Source: Chiloscyllium plagiosum
Lineage: Eukaryota
Direction: 5' to 3'
Assembly: GCF_004010195.1 (NCBI RefSeq)
Contig: NC_057755.1
Span: forward strand, 3,619,462 to 3,683,461
DNA: 64,000 nucleotides
In this document: one piece after another, positions 13,352 through 26,854 of the stretch
Position numbering within the stretch: the first letter of the stretch is position 1
Layout of the letters: the number at the start of each line of letters is the position of its first letter
Position numbers and translations under genes: made by a program
The notes under the pieces: generated by a model
Databases searched by the model: none
Told to the model about the DNA's origin: nothing
The model's input: only the letters and a program-made list of their open reading frames with translations

Positions 13352-13648
13352 TATGGTTAGCACTGCTGCCTCACAGTGCCAGAGACCCGGGTTCAATTCC
13401 CGACTCGGGCGACTGACTGTGTAGAGTTTGCACATTCTCCCCGTGTCTGCGTGGGTTTCCTCCGGGTGCTCCGGTTTCCTCCCACAGTCCAAAGATGTGC
13501 AGGTCAGGTGAATTGGCCATGCTAAATTGCCCATAGTGTTAGGTAAAGGGGTATATGTAGGGGAATGGGTGGTTTGCGCTTCGGCGGGTCGGTGTGGACT
13601 TGTTGGGCCGAAGGGCCTGTTTCCACACTGTAAGTAATCTAATCTAAA
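13352..13648 (+). mobile_element. HE1 (V-domain) tRNA-derived SINE
   Basis: Pol III B-box-like gggttcaattccc, V-domain gtttgcacattctccccgtgtctgcgtgggtttcctccgggtgctccggtttcctcccacagtccaaagatgtgc, CR1-like 3' end and (AATCT)n tail. Confidence 0.92.
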
Positions 13649-13754
13649 ACATCTGAACGCAGACACAGAATCACATGCACAGCCTCACAAACATATGTAA
13701 ATGAACTCAGAGTAAGGGGCATTACACACCAACCTACAAGAACTGACAGATACT

Positions 13755-14510
13755 TCTTATAGAACATAGAACAATACAGCACAGAACAGGCCCTTCAGCC
13801 CACGATGTCGTGCCGACCACTGATCCTCATGTATGCACCCTCAAATTTCTGTGACCATATGCATGTCCAGGAGTCTCTTAAATATGCCCAATGACACTGC
13901 CTCCACAACTGCTGCTGGCAACGCATTCCATGCTTTCACAACTCTCTGTGTAAAGAACCCGCTTCTGACATCCCCTCTATACTTTCCTCCAACCAGCTTA
14001 AAACTATGACCCCTCGTATTAGTCATTTCGGCCCTGGGAAATAGTCTCTGGCTATCGACTCTATCTATGCCTCTCATTATCTTGTATACCTCAATTAGGT
14101 CCCCTCTTCTCCTATTCTACAATGAAAAAAGTCCGAGCTCAGTCAACCTCTCCTCACAAGATAAGTCCTGCAGTCCAGGCAGCACCTTGTAAACCTCCTC
14201 TGAACCCGCTCCAAAGCACTCACATCTTTCCTATAATAGTGCGACCAGAACTGGACGCAGTATTCCAAGTGCGGTCTAACCAAAGTTTGATAGAGCTGCA
14301 ACACGATCTCACGACTCTTAAACTCAATACCCCTGTTAATGAAAGCCAAAACACCATATGCTTTCTAAACAACCATATCCACTTGGGTGGCCATTTTAAG
14401 GGATCTATGTACCTGCACACAAAGATCCCTCTGTCCTCCACACTGCCAAGATTCCTATCCTTAACCCTGTACTCCGCTTTCAAATTCGACCTTCCAAATG
14501 CATCACTTTG
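13755..14510 (-). mobile_element. CR1 LINE 3' portion
   Basis: Translations LYQTLVRPHLEYCVQFWS and TRGHSFKLVGGKYRGDVRSGFFTQRVVKAWNALP; tail atagaacatagaac. Confidence 0.92.
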
Positions 14511-15474
14511 CATTTATATATATATACACACAAGCACATTCAAGCACAGTTACTGAACTACCACCACAATTATATATAGATATAGAACGACTCAGAAACG
14601 AACACAGAGGCACACCCACAGAGAGGCACAGGTCGGTACTGCTGGGAGCGCAGTAGGCTCTTGGAGACGGACAGGCAACCAAACATCGTCTCAACAACAC
14701 ACTCACCTGCTTTAACAAAAGCAGAGCCAGGCAGAGACACATCCCGCAAACCCACAATAGTACATTGACACTCAGATCTACACACACATGGAGTCGCAAA
14801 ACCATCACAATTTGCTGACAACCACACCCACAAACACACCCACCGACAACCACACGGTCAGAGGCATATGAACCCACAAACAGCATACACCTTATTAGAT
14901 GCACACCTGCAAAACACATACAAATACGCAATCACACAGGCACAGTAACACAGACTCACATACAAACACTCAACTTCACGGAAACACTCTCATACAGACT
15001 GAATAACATTCCCAAACACATAAATACATGAATATGCAGTCACTGAAATACTTCCCAATACACACAAAGGGACACCCACACACAGATGCATAAATGCACT
15101 CATAATGTGTCACAGCCGGGGACATATCTAATGATAAAGTCCGAGGGAAACACACACAGAGTGACATCCTCACAAAGACAATGAAACACCCTCACACGGA
15201 GACACACAGAGACCCTCACAATCCGAAAGGAAATCGCATGAACACACCTCCCTGAAGCCACATAGAGAGGAAAAAGAGACGATCGAAGTTCAGGAGACTT
15301 ATTAACAATAATGTGACAAGGTATTGCTGGCTGTATCTGTGCACTTTGCGTTTTACAATATCACTTCTTGGGGAAAGATCAGTGAATGGATGGAACAATA
15401 AGGGACTTGAGTCAATGAAAGTGAGCATGTGCTAAACTGAGACAAGTGCCTGACATGGTAAATGTGAGAAAAAT

Positions 15475-15765
15475 ACAAAGACAGCGCGCGAGAGAGAGAG
15501 GGAGAGAGAGAGCCAGATAATGAGCTGGACAGAGAGACAAAGAAGGATAGGCATAGTGGGAGGCAGTGAGGCAGGCAGTCAGATAGATAGGTAAAGAGAG
15601 ATAGAGAGAGAGCGCAACAGAACGACATAGACGGGGAGAGACGCAGAGAGCGAGATAGACAGAGATATAATCTGAGCAAGAAATTGAGAGATGGGGAGGG
15701 AGAGGAAGAAAGGAACAGAAAGAAAGTCAGACAGAAAGAGGCAGAAAGAGAAAGACAGAAAACAA
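15475..15765. repeat. GA-rich low-complexity tract of the GPCR 3'-flank module; also at about 25320-25610 and 53130-53380
   Basis: Degenerate (GA)n/(GACA)n at the same position in the module copies. Confidence 0.85.
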
Positions 15766-16440
15766 TATCCTTGTGATGTGAGAAGACATGCTGCAGATTC
15801 AATAAATTCTCTCAAAAACAAATGTGCACACAACACTAACCAAGTCAGATAAGATTCCGCCAGCCAGTCTTTAACAACAGGCAGTCTGTTCAGACCCAAA
15901 CTTCCAGCTGACCCATCACTCACAGCCAGTCCATCATTTGGAATCATTCTTCCAACCTCTTTCTATCCTATTCTGCCTTTGACAGTCACCTCTTTCCCAT
16001 TACCTGCTTTCCCTTTGTCGCATCCTTCAATTTGTCTTAAGGTGGAAATGGATAGATTCTTGTTAAATTTTGTGGGGAGGGATGTTACTCAGTGGCACAA
16101 AGGAATGCGCATTTGACTGCACAATTGGATGAGCAGCCATCTTCTGAAGTGCAGGGAGACCAGGCTCAAAAGGCTGCATGGCCTGCTGCTGTTCATTGTC
16201 TGTGTGTCCACGTGTGCGTGAATCCATCAGTCAATCAGGGATAGCAGCATGTTCCTGAGCGGGGTGAATGGTGACCCATCCTGTTAACCCCCACTCTACC
16301 TACCGCTGGGTGTTATACTCAGATCCATGTGGTTATACTGATGGAATCCTGGCCGTTCATATACAATGTCTGCACTGGGAACACTGCGGCTGCCTTTGGA
16401 CAACTCTCAAATGTTTTGCTGAGTTATTAAGTGAACAAAT

Positions 16441-16790
16441 TACGTGATCTGCTGTTGCACCGCGTTCCTGAACTTCACTCTGAGCTTGGACAAAGTCACT
16501 GCATAAAATAATGTGTTCGTGCTTCAGCTGAAATCCTTTCTCCAACATACGTAAAAATGTCTAGATTTCCATGCTAGCACTATTGCAGCTTCTAATGTTA
16601 ACATATAAGATTTTAAGACCGTACACAGAAGTATAAAGCTGATGCATATGGTGAAGAGATAAATTACCAACTTCGTCCGGTTCTCCGTCTCAGCATCTTC
16701 TTGACTCTCTCCCTTCCTCTGACGCCTCAGGCTCTTGTGAACTTGACTGGTCACTAAAATGTGCCTGACTGTCAGGGTGTTCATGAACAT
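16441..16790 (-). pseudogene. GPR139-like GPCR pseudogene, only the TM5 end through TM7 and C-terminus remains
   Basis: MNTLTVRHILVTSQVHKSLRRQRKGESQEDAETENRTKLVIYLFTICISFILLCTV, then a disrupted ECL3/TM7, an in-frame stop, and STNTLFYAVTLSKLRVKFRNAVQQQIT*. The 5' part of the exon is replaced by intron-like sequence. Confidence 0.9.
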
Positions 16791-17059
16791 TTTACACCAT
16801 GGTAAAGTAATTGAATAAATCTCTCATTCCCATCTCATCAGCACAGATCTGCACATCCACCCAGTTCCAGGAACTTAAAAGAGCTAAAACAATAACCAAA
16901 AATGCTAAAAGAGGAAGTGAAGGCTATTAGTTACGGGTGTTTTCCTTAATCTCAGATTACAGAACTCTCTAACAAATCTTGAAAGCTCTGTTAATATCAT
17001 GCTGGGTTGCAAACCGTCAAAAAATAAACAGAAGTTCATTCGTACACAAATGGAGAGAA

Positions 17060-18030
17060 GACGTTCTTTCTCAATTCATTCCTAAATCTGCTCCCTCTAA
17101 TCTTGAGGCTATGTCTTCTTGTCCTAACTTCACCTAACAGTGAAAACATCCCATCTACTTGTATTTTTTTGATTCCCTCTATGATTCTATATCTTTGTAT
17201 GAGATTTCCCTGCATTCTTATGAATTCCAATTAATATAATTCAAATCTACTCAGTCTCTCCTCATAAGCCAACCCCCTCAAGTTGGAATCAACGTCGTGA
17301 ACCTCCTCTGCAATCCCTCCAATACCAGTACATCCTTTCTCAAGTAAGTAGACCAAAACTGCACACAATCTTCCAGGAAATGCCTCGCCAGTACCTTGTA
17401 CAGCTGCAACATTATCTCTCTGCTTTTATACACAATACGTTTAGCAATGAAGAGCAAAATTCCATTTGCCTTCCTAACTAATTGTTGCAGCTGTCAGACC
17501 ATTTTCTAATTTCCACCCAAATGGATTTAACCTCACTGTCCATATAACCTATATCATCTCTCAGCACTGCCTTGATATCCTCCTTGAATATCAGAGCCAC
17601 ACTACTTACCTTAAGTCCCTGTCTACCCTTCTGACTAGGCTTGTACCCCTGGATATTTAACTCGCAGTTGTGACCATTCTGTAATCACGTCTCGAGAATG
17701 GCTACCAAATCATATTCATTTGCAATGAGTTGTGCCATTTGCTCATCAAACTTGTTACGAATGCTACGAGCATTCTGTGAAAGTGACTTTATGCTAGCCA
17801 TCTTACCACCATGATTCACAACATCTCTAATATCTCCTGAGTTATCCTTCCTTTTTGTTTCTTTCATAGTCTGCCTTGAACTTAAACATTCCTGTACTCA
17901 TGCTAATCTGCTGCTTACCTTTTTATTTATCAGCATACTTCCTGTCTCTTTCTCTTTCCCTTCCCCCGAACTCACAAATTTAAATTACTAGTGACCACCC
18001 TATTTTTCCTTCTCGCTAGAACACTGGGTC
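17060..18030 (-). mobile_element. CR1 fragments: 3' end plus endonuclease start
   Basis: Translations RTRRHSLKIRGSRFRNELRKNVFS and SQNARSIRNKFDEQMAQLIANEYDLVAILET. Confidence 0.85.
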
Positions 18031-18570
18031 CAGACTTGAGAGGCTGAAAGAACTGCCATTATGTTCATATGATTATTAATCTCCTCTCAAAGCCATTCCA
18101 AGTCATTGACATCCTTTAAACAGCACCCGTCACAAACTTTAACCATCTCTCTATCTGTATTTGACTTTCTCCCGATGTCTCTCTGAGTAACCCTGTCGCT
18201 ATTACTCTCAGTTTGATCCTATCCCTCTGTACTTAACCCTATCCTTTTTGCCTGTATTTAACCCTTTCGCTGCTCCACCATATTCAATCTTCTTTCTATA
18301 ACTGTCCATTAACACCTCTCACGATTACATTGTATTACATTCAATTCTCCTCTCCAGTATTTAATGCTGTTCTTGTTCCCTTGTATTTAATCCTCTCACG
18401 ATTACCTTGCATTTAACCCTCTCTTTATTATTGTCTATTTAATCCTCCCCCTATTATTCTCAATTGAATTATTTCCCTATTACAATCTTTAACACCCTCT
18501 CTATCTGTATTTAACGCTCTCTCTTTCCCTAGTGCTCTTGAATTATTGTTCCCTGAATACATAATGAGAG

Positions 18571-19647
18571 CGAGATTTGAGAAGATTTGTTGCTCAGGTT
18601 GAAGTTCTGGATGTGAGTTTGCTCGCTGAACCGGAAGGTTCATTTTCAGACATTTCATGACCATACTAGGTAACATCTTTCTATCATAGTCACAGAGATG
18701 TACAGCATGGAAACAGATCATTCAGTCCAATTTGTCCATGCTGACCAGATATCCTAAATTCATCCAGTCCCATTTGCTAGCATATGGACCATATCCCTCT
18801 AAACGCTTCTTATTCAACCCATCCAGATGCCTTTTAAGTTTTGCAATTGTACCAGCTCCACCAGTTCCTCTGGCAGCTCGTTACATACACGGACCACACT
18901 CTGCATGAACATATTGCCCCTTAGGTCCCTTTTAAGTCTTTCGCACTCACCCTAAACCTATTTCCTCTAGTTCTGGACGCCCCCACCCAGTGAGCCTCCA
19001 GTGAAGCACTGGTGGTATGGCCCGATTTTTACTTGTGTGTTTAGGTTTCCTTGGGTTGGTGACATCATTTCCTGTGGAGATTTAGCCATGGCATCATGGA
19101 AGCTCACAAACCCATAAACAAACCAAAACAGCAGCTAATGAACTTGAAAGGCCCGATGCGGACAACAGGCAAAACTAATGTCATTGACAATATACCTTGC
19201 AAGAACTGTAACAAACACTACATTGGATAAAAGGTAGAAAACTGGCCACCAGGATACATGAACTTCAACTAGCCATGAAAAGACATGACCCACTCTCACT
19301 AGTATCTTTACATACAGATGAGGAAGGATGCCACTTCGCCTGGGACAGCACAACCATCTAGGACAAGCCAAACAGAGACACGTGTGAGAATTCCTAGTAG
19401 CACGGCATTCCAACCAGAATTCTAATAGCAAACACATTAACTTGGATCCCATTTACCACCCTCTGAGAAAAGAAAACAGGAAATGACACCGTCACAGGTA
19501 ATGCTGTCGCTAACCCAAGGAAACTGAAACACATAAATACAAAGCGGGCCATGCCACCAGTGCTTCACCGGGGCTCACTGATGATGTAACGAAGTATGAT
19601 GATGAATCGTCAGAACCTTCCAGCTCAGCAAGCAAACTTACATCTAT
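18571..19647 (+). mobile_element. Penelope-like (Poseidon-type) insertion: inverted pseudo-LTR, GIY-YIG remnant, pseudo-LTR; 10-bp target-site duplication
   Basis: ATAATGAGAG flanks it at 18561-18570 and 19648-19657. 19170-19450 resembles the GIY-YIG region at 41064-41357 (ccttgcaagaactgtaacaaacactacattgga). 18610-18680 plus 18988-19075 is the reverse complement of 19480-19645. Confidence 0.85.
18680..18987 (-). mobile_element. CR1 3' end nested in the Penelope pseudo-LTR
   Basis: Reverse complement of the CR1 3' ends at 42740-43055 and 58090-58400. Confidence 0.88.
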
Positions 19648-19839
19648 ATAATGAGAGATCGGGTGTCCCTGCCTATTTATTCCCCATTACCACTAAGAAA
19701 TGACCGATGCTGCTCTTTGCAGCTGCCCCTCTAGCAGGTGGTGGGACTGCAGGTCCATCCCAAAGCAGAGGAGGAGCTTATCATTCACACTAAATGTTCA
19801 GAAGCGGTATTGCTGATGAGGAGGAGACAGGCAAACATC

Positions 19840-20346
19840 AACATATATTAATGTTTATATTTAAACAAGAACTGCTCCACTCCACAGCAATATTGATTTA
19901 CAAAGATGAATAGTTCCATGAAAGAACATACACATAAACAAAAACAGTTCCAACATATGACAATATTTATATGAACATAAACACTTCCGAAACACAGTAT
20001 TTCTTATATTATCATGTACAGCTCGAATGCTTGACAATATTTATATTAATCCATAACACTTCCAAGACACAACATTATTTATGAAAAAGCATGAACAGCT
20101 TCAAAACAAAACAGGATTTAAATATAAACATGCACATTTCCCATATACATCACTATTTATATTTTAAATCAAAGGATTTCCACACAAAGCAATATTTATT
20201 AACAAACAAAGGCTGTTCCAGTGCACAATAATATTTACATGAAAACACTGTCAGCTACAATGCAAAACAATATTTATGAACAGCCAAACTGCTCTATCCA
20301 ACAATGCATAATAAATATTATACATACTGTGTAAAGCATGCAATAC
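19840..20346. repeat. Degenerate AT-rich minisatellite (about 36-40 bp, aacaatatttatat..aaaca..aacagctcca); paralogous array at about 49480-50270
   Basis: Recurrent caatatttat motifs at regular spacing in both regions. Confidence 0.7.
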
Positions 20347-21992
20347 TGTAGTGAATGAAACCATTGAGGAGCAGGTAAACATGCTGGAACAGATAGAGAT
20401 TGAGGAAGCTGATGTGTTGAAAATTTTGACAAACATTAAGATTGACAAGTCGCCAAGGCCAGACCAGATTTGTCCTCGGCTGCTTTCGGAAGTGAGAAAT
20501 GTGATTGCTTTGCCGCTTGAGAAGATCTTTGCATCCTTGCTCTCCACCGGAGTCGTACCTGAGGACTGGAGGGAGGCAAATGTAATTCCTCTCTTCAAGA
20601 AAGGAAATAGGGAAAAGCCCGGCAATTACAGACCAGTCAGTCGCACGTCTGTCATCTGCAAGGTATTAGAAAGGATTCTGAGGGATATGATTTATGACCA
20701 TCTGGAAGAGCATGTCTTGATTAAAGGCAGTCAGCACGGCTTTGTGAGGGGCAGGTCATGCCTCAAAAATCTTATTGAGTTCTTTGAGGATGTTACTGGA
20801 CAAGTTGATGAGGGTCGAGCGGTGGATGTTGTGTATGTGGACTTCAGTAAGGTATTTGATAAGGTTCCCATGGTAGGCTCGTTCAGAAGGTCAGGAGGAA
20901 TGGGAAACAGGGAAAGTTAGCCGTCTGGATGTAGAATTGGCTGGTCGACAGAAGACAGCGAGTGGTAGTGGAAGGAAAGTATTCTGCCTGGAAGTCAGTG
21001 GTGAGTGGTGTTCCACAGGGCTCTGTTCTTGGGCCTCTACTCTTTGTAATTTTTATTAATGACTTGGATGAGGAGATTGAAGGTGGTTTAGCAAGTTTGC
21101 AGACGACACAAACTTGCAGAGTGTCGTTGGCAGTGTACGCTGCAGCGTGACATTGATAGGATGCAGAGATGGGCTGAGAGGTGACAGGTGGAGTTCAACC
21201 TGGATAAATGCGAAGTGATGCATTTTTGTGGGTCGAACTTGAAAGTTGAGTCCAGGATTAAAGACAGGATTCTTGGTAGTGTGGAGGAACAGGGGGCTCT
21301 TGAGGTGCAGGTACATAGATTCCTTAAAATTGCCACCCAGGTGGACAGGGATGTTAATAAAGCATAGGGTGTTTTGGCCTTCATTAACTGAGGGTTTGTG
21401 TTTAAGAGCCGTGAGACCTTGTTGCAGCTCTGTAAATCTTTGCTTAGACTGCACTTGGAATACTGCGTCCAGTTCTGGTCGCCCTATCATAGGAAAAATG
21501 TGGATGTTTTGGAGAGGGTTCAGAGGAGGTTTACCAGGATGCTGCCTGGAATGGAAGGCTTATCTTACGAAGAGAGGTTGACTGAGCTCGGACTTTTCTC
21601 ATTGGAAAAAAGAAGGAAAAGAGGGGTCTCTAATTGAGGTGTACAAGATAATGAGAGGCATAGATAGAGTTGATAGCCAGAAACGTTTTCTCAGTGCTGA
21701 AATTGTTAACACGAGGGGTCATAGTTTTAAGGTGTTTGGCGGAAAGTATGGAGGGGATGTCAGAGGCAGGTTCTTTACGCAGAGAGTTGTGGGAGCATGG
21801 AATGCGTTGCCACCTGCAGTTGTGGAAGCGCGGTCATTGGGGATAATTAAGAGACTGCTGGACATGCATATGGTCACAGAAATGTGAGAGTTCGTACATT
21901 AGGTTTACCTCACATGAGAATCAATGATCGGCACAACATCGTGGGCTGAAGGGCCTGTTCTGTGCTGTACTGATCTATGTTCTGTGTTCTAC
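20347..21992 (+). mobile_element. 5'-truncated CR1 LINE: reverse transcriptase and 3' UTR
   Basis: ORFs 20351-20920 (QHGFVRGRSCL, YVDFSKVFDKVP), [32 protein letters not shown]; ttctgtg/ttcta tail. Same subfamily as the element at 1-2825. Confidence 0.95.
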
Positions 21993-22049
21993 TGTGTATG
22001 CGAATGACTGAATAATGAAGCGAACGTACTGGAGCCAGAGTTTCAGTTG

Positions 22050-22560
22050 GGATCGAAAATAGGTGGGAAGGCAAGTTGGGAGAGGGATGCAGACAGTTTA
22101 GAGAGAGATTTTGTTCGGTTAAGTAAGTGCGCAAAATGTCAATTTAACTTGGGAAAATATGAAGTTGTTCATTTTGGAAGGTAGGATAAAAGAGCAGAGA
22201 ATTATTTAAATAAGGGAACGTTGGGGAAAGCTGCAACACAAAAATAGTTTTCGTAATTATGAACAAAATGCAGAAAACGTATGACAGAGGTGCAGCAGGC
22301 TGCTAAATAAGATAAAATCCCCCTGTATTAGTGACCAGGTACGAGTATGGACAGAGGATTGGCTGACTGGAAGAAGGCAGAAAGTAGCGAATGGTGGCGA
22401 GTGGTGATACACAGAGGTTTGATTGGGACCACAAGTATTCATGAAATACATTAATGACCGGGATGATGGAGGTTATTTTTGCAAAGTTTGAACACGATGC
22501 AAAGATAGGTGGAATAGCATGGACTGCAAGTGAGCGTTTATGAACTTGGGTCAGAAGAAT
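22050..22560 (+). mobile_element. Highly decayed CR1 fragments
   Basis: aatttaacttgggaaaatatgaagttgttcattttggaag and gaggattggctgactggaagaaggcagaaagt resemble CR1 reverse transcriptase segments. Confidence 0.6.
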
Positions 22561-24199
22561 AGATGTGCAGACTATTTTCTTATGACGGAAAGTTGTTGAA
22601 ACCCTAAAGCACACGAGCGATTCAGGCGTCCTTTTTACAGGATAATACACCATAACTATTAACTATTCTCTAAGTGAGCGAAATTCCATTGATATGCTGT
22701 TCCAATAAACACAGGTCCCATCTGTATAAATATAAGTAATAAGAAAACAATAATTTCTAAATTCGTCTCTCAACGTTCACACAGGTCTTTTGGAATGCTC
22801 TGCGGTCTCCGCTGTCTCTCAGTCTATTTTCTGATCCCAAGTCACAAACGCCTGCTTTCCGCTGATCCTGCTGTTAGGGATGTTTTGTCTGCAATTTATT
22901 TTGACTGGAGTATTAGCTAAAAGTGTCATGGTCCCTTTTATGGATGAATGGTGCTTTATATGAGAGCTGAAAGTTGTTACCTCCTCAGATGGCAGTTGGC
23001 TCTTTCTAATTTTCAAATGCCCTCATCTTTAATACCCTTGATGACCTATTAATTTCATTATAATTGAAATGTTTCGAAATAGACAAAACCATCAGATATA
23101 AATTTAATTGGGTTTTGGTGTCTCGGGCCTGGTACACGTTTCAAATTCAGAATTGTCTGTCGTCTGCAACTGCTTACAGACACATTTTTCTGTGTACTTT
23201 TTAAGTTTAGAAAAGCACTTTACCTCTTAAAGGGACCACACGCACTTTCCTCCGATGATTTTTACAAAGAAATTCTCGCTTCCTGCCTTTCACATCACGA
23301 GTACTCTTCACAACGTCATTTAGTAAGAAAACACATTGTTAGCATTGATTTAAAGATAACTTGAATACAAGAGTAGAGAACACACTGCTGCGGCTGTAAA
23401 AGGCTCTGGTCAGGCCGTGTTTGGAATATTGTGAGCAGTGTTTGTGCCCCATGTTGAAGGAAGACTATGCTGACGTTGGAGGTGGTCTGAAGGACGTTTA
23501 TAAGAATTCCATATTCACCTGCTCCCCACATTAAACTCTGTCACTGTTCCCGCATCTCGTCAGCATTTTGAGGTTTGATGTGTCTATTGCCATCATTTGT
23601 TGACCAGAACTGCAGACAGTACCCCAGCTGTATCCTCACCAAGTCCTGGAAATCTCCAACATGCCCTGCTATAATCTGCACTACGACTGATATAAATATG
23701 TGTCCCGTGTACCTTCTTAACCACTCTGCTAACAAGAAATGCCATCTTCAGGAATTTGTGGACAAGCATGCCAAGATCCCACTGTCCTCTGAGCTTCCTC
23801 GTGCCCTGCCTTTCATTGAATAGTCCATTGTCGTGTTTAATTGGTTTGTTTTAGGTCTTTTAACTGAAATAACAGTTCAACCTTCAGGTTTTCTGTGGTA
23901 CAGATACTGATATTTAGCTCTTTTCCAGGTTCCCATAAAATAGCTCATTGAAGGCAATCTGTGCACCGTGATCTGCTGGCAGGTTCACTCGGCCATTTTC
24001 AGGAGAGGACGCGTCATTGTGAGACAGAGACATAACCACAACCTGAAGGACATCGAAACACACCTAAACACATAAATACTGTCAGAATGAGATGCAGGAG
24101 CATACTGACAAACAGGAACACTCTCAAACCCGCGTGCACACACTCACATCCAACGACCTCCCCAAATGTTCCTAACCACACACACACACACCCTCACAA

Positions 24200-24674
24200 T
24201 GTCACAAGACTGGTCCTTTTTGTTCTCAAAGCTATTCCTTTTCTCAAGGATACTGTGCCTCTGATTTTTTTCCACAGGTGTCATAAAACTCTCTTGGTTC
24301 CAATTAGACTTGTTTGGTACAGAGATTAAAAGGTACTGAGAGGGCTTTTTGTTTGCATGTAAACGGATAAGACGTCAGGCCAAAATGGTCATGTTTTAGA
24401 AGTGACCTGGATAATGAAAGGGAAGTGGTCAGCTCTCGAGCTGAGCAATTCAGTCCATAATGAGTAAGAGTTCACCTCTGTGGAAACTGTCTCTCTCCTT
24501 CTGCCTTCTAACTTCAACCTGTAAGCATTTATTCCATTTTTATATTTTTTAACGGGTGTTTGATTATTGGGACTATTGTGTATATTCGAAACAGCTTAAT
24601 TAAATCTAGTTTGGATAGATGATTTCTGCAGGGGTTCATTATTCTGTTCTTTGTGTTTCACTGTGTAATTTTGT
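24200..24674. mobile_element. Probable solo-LTR fragment
   Basis: Begins TGTCACAAG, is homologous to 29850-30490, and is absent from the other 3'-flank module copies. Confidence 0.55.
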
Positions 24675-25074
24675 ACAGACACAGAGCAACACTCTTAAAC
24701 AAACACAGAAACACAGCCACACAGAGAGAACCTGCCGGATGCACAGAAAAGTCTTGACATACAATCCAACAGCCAAATGCAGTCTGAACAACACACTCAC
24801 CTACTTATGCAGGAACACAGCCAGGCAGAGAGACACACCCTGCATTCACGCAATAAAACAACTGCACTCTAAAGACAGACACACATAGAATTAGTTTGAC
24901 ACGCTGACACACACAAGAAAAACAACATATATTCCGCACAAATTGAAACGCAAAAAACACCATATGCAAAACACACCGAGATACACAGGAACATACCCAT
25001 TTTTTTTTTACAAACTGAGGAACATAAACAGAGTGACATCCCCACAAAGGCAATGAAACATGCCCACACACAGA

Positions 25075-25230
25075 CCCTCACACACTGAAAGAGAAACACA
25101 CACACAAACACAAACACACACATACACAAACACACACGCACACACACATATGCACACACACACATGCAAACACACATACAAACACACATACACACACAAA
25201 CACACACATACACAAACACAGATACACGAA
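25075..25230. repeat. Imperfect (CA)n microsatellite
   Basis: Direct reading of the sequence. Confidence 0.9.
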
Positions 25231-26854
25231 AACAATCATTGAAGGTAGGGATCAGGAATGCACTTGAGCCAACGAACGTGGACATATACTAAACTGAGAG
25301 AACAAATGTTTGACATTGTCAATGAGAGAAAAAGAGATAGTGTGAGAGAGAGAGACAAAGAATGAGATAGACAGAGAGAGAGAGAGAAGTAAAGAGACAG
25401 AAATACAGGAGAACGAGAGAAAGACAGACAGACAGACCAAGTGAGTGAGAGAGGAACAGAGAGAGAGAGGCAGAGTGAGACACAGAGAGAGACTGACAGC
25501 AGGAAATTCAGAGAGAAAAACAGAGAGAGAATTACAGAGACGGAGAAAGAGATGAAGGGAGGGACAGAGACAAAGAAACACAGTAAGAGGCAGAGAAGTA
25601 GAGAGACAGCAATATCCTTGTGATGGGATTAGCCAGGAGGTGGGCTCAAGAAACTCTCTCAAAACTAAATAAAAATATACGAAATAATAACCAGCTAACC
25701 CCAGAGGACCATCAACACCAGAGCCTTTTTCTTGTGGTAATAAAGTGTTTATTGCGAGCTGAACAGAGAGGTCTGACAATCACCATGGTGCAGGAGGGCC
25801 TGTTTACGTCCTTCCCCCTTCTCCCCTACAGGGGAATTGCAGAGAACCCGTCTGCCGGTCTTTAACACTCATCCACAGGGCAGTCAGCGAAGAGCCAATG
25901 TTCTAGCTGAACCCTGCACTCACAGCCAGTCCGTCATTGTAATCACTCCTGCAGGCTCTTTCCCTCCTACTCTGCCCCTGACAATCACCTCTTTCTTCCT
26001 TCCCTGCTCTCCATTTGTCATGTCCTTCAATATTGTTGAAGGGACAGGTAGATAGATTCTTGTTAACATTTTGGGGGTTGAGTGAGGATAGTGCTCAGGT
26101 GCATATGGGAATGCAGATTTGATGTTACAATTAGATAAGCTGATGTCTTCTGGAGCGGCAGGAGGACCAGAGTCGAAGGGTTAAATGGCCTAATGCTGTG
26201 CTTTGTACGTCCCCATGTGTGTCAATCCGACAGTCAATCAGGGATAGCAGCGTGTTCCTGAGCAGGGTGAATGGTGACATCATTTGTGGAGGGAATCATT
26301 TTTGGATCTTTACTTCCCAGAGATTATCTCTACTTCCACCCGGTTGACCTGCTCCCTATATTAAACTCTATCACCCTTTCCATCAGCGTTTTGACGATTG
26401 CTGTGATCATGTGAGTGCACAAATTTCTCTCATGTGTTGATCAGAACTGTACACAGTTCTTCAGCTGGATCCTCACCCCCCCAAGTCCCACAAAACTCCA
26501 ACAAGACCACCTTGCCTCGATAATCAGCACCAGGACTAAGCAAGATATTGGATGTTCCACATGTCATCTGTGCTATTCCGTTAACATATCATCTCACCTT
26601 CAGGGATGTGTGGACAAGCACCCCAAATCCTACTGTTCCTCTGAGCTTCCTAGTGCCTTGCGTCTCATTCAATATTAACTTGTCTTGTTTAATTAGTTAG
26701 ACAATAGGTCTTTAAAGCAAAGTAAAAGTTCAGGTTTCAGTGGTTATGAGGTGGAGATACTGGTGTTTGGATTTTTGCAAGTTCCCACATATACTCCATT
26801 GAGAGCAATCTGTGCACCATGACCTGCTGCAAACATTGACTGGGAACACTATAG

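Noticed and set aside
13352..13420. tRNA-like sequence with a B-box
   Set aside because: It is the head of an HE1 SINE and has no complete cloverleaf.
12760..15950. Many Cys/Val-, His/Thr- or Ser/Leu-rich ORFs (also 24600-25800, 28250-29020, 51400-53680)
   Set aside because: They are translations of CA- and GA-rich low-complexity DNA in the 3'-flank module.
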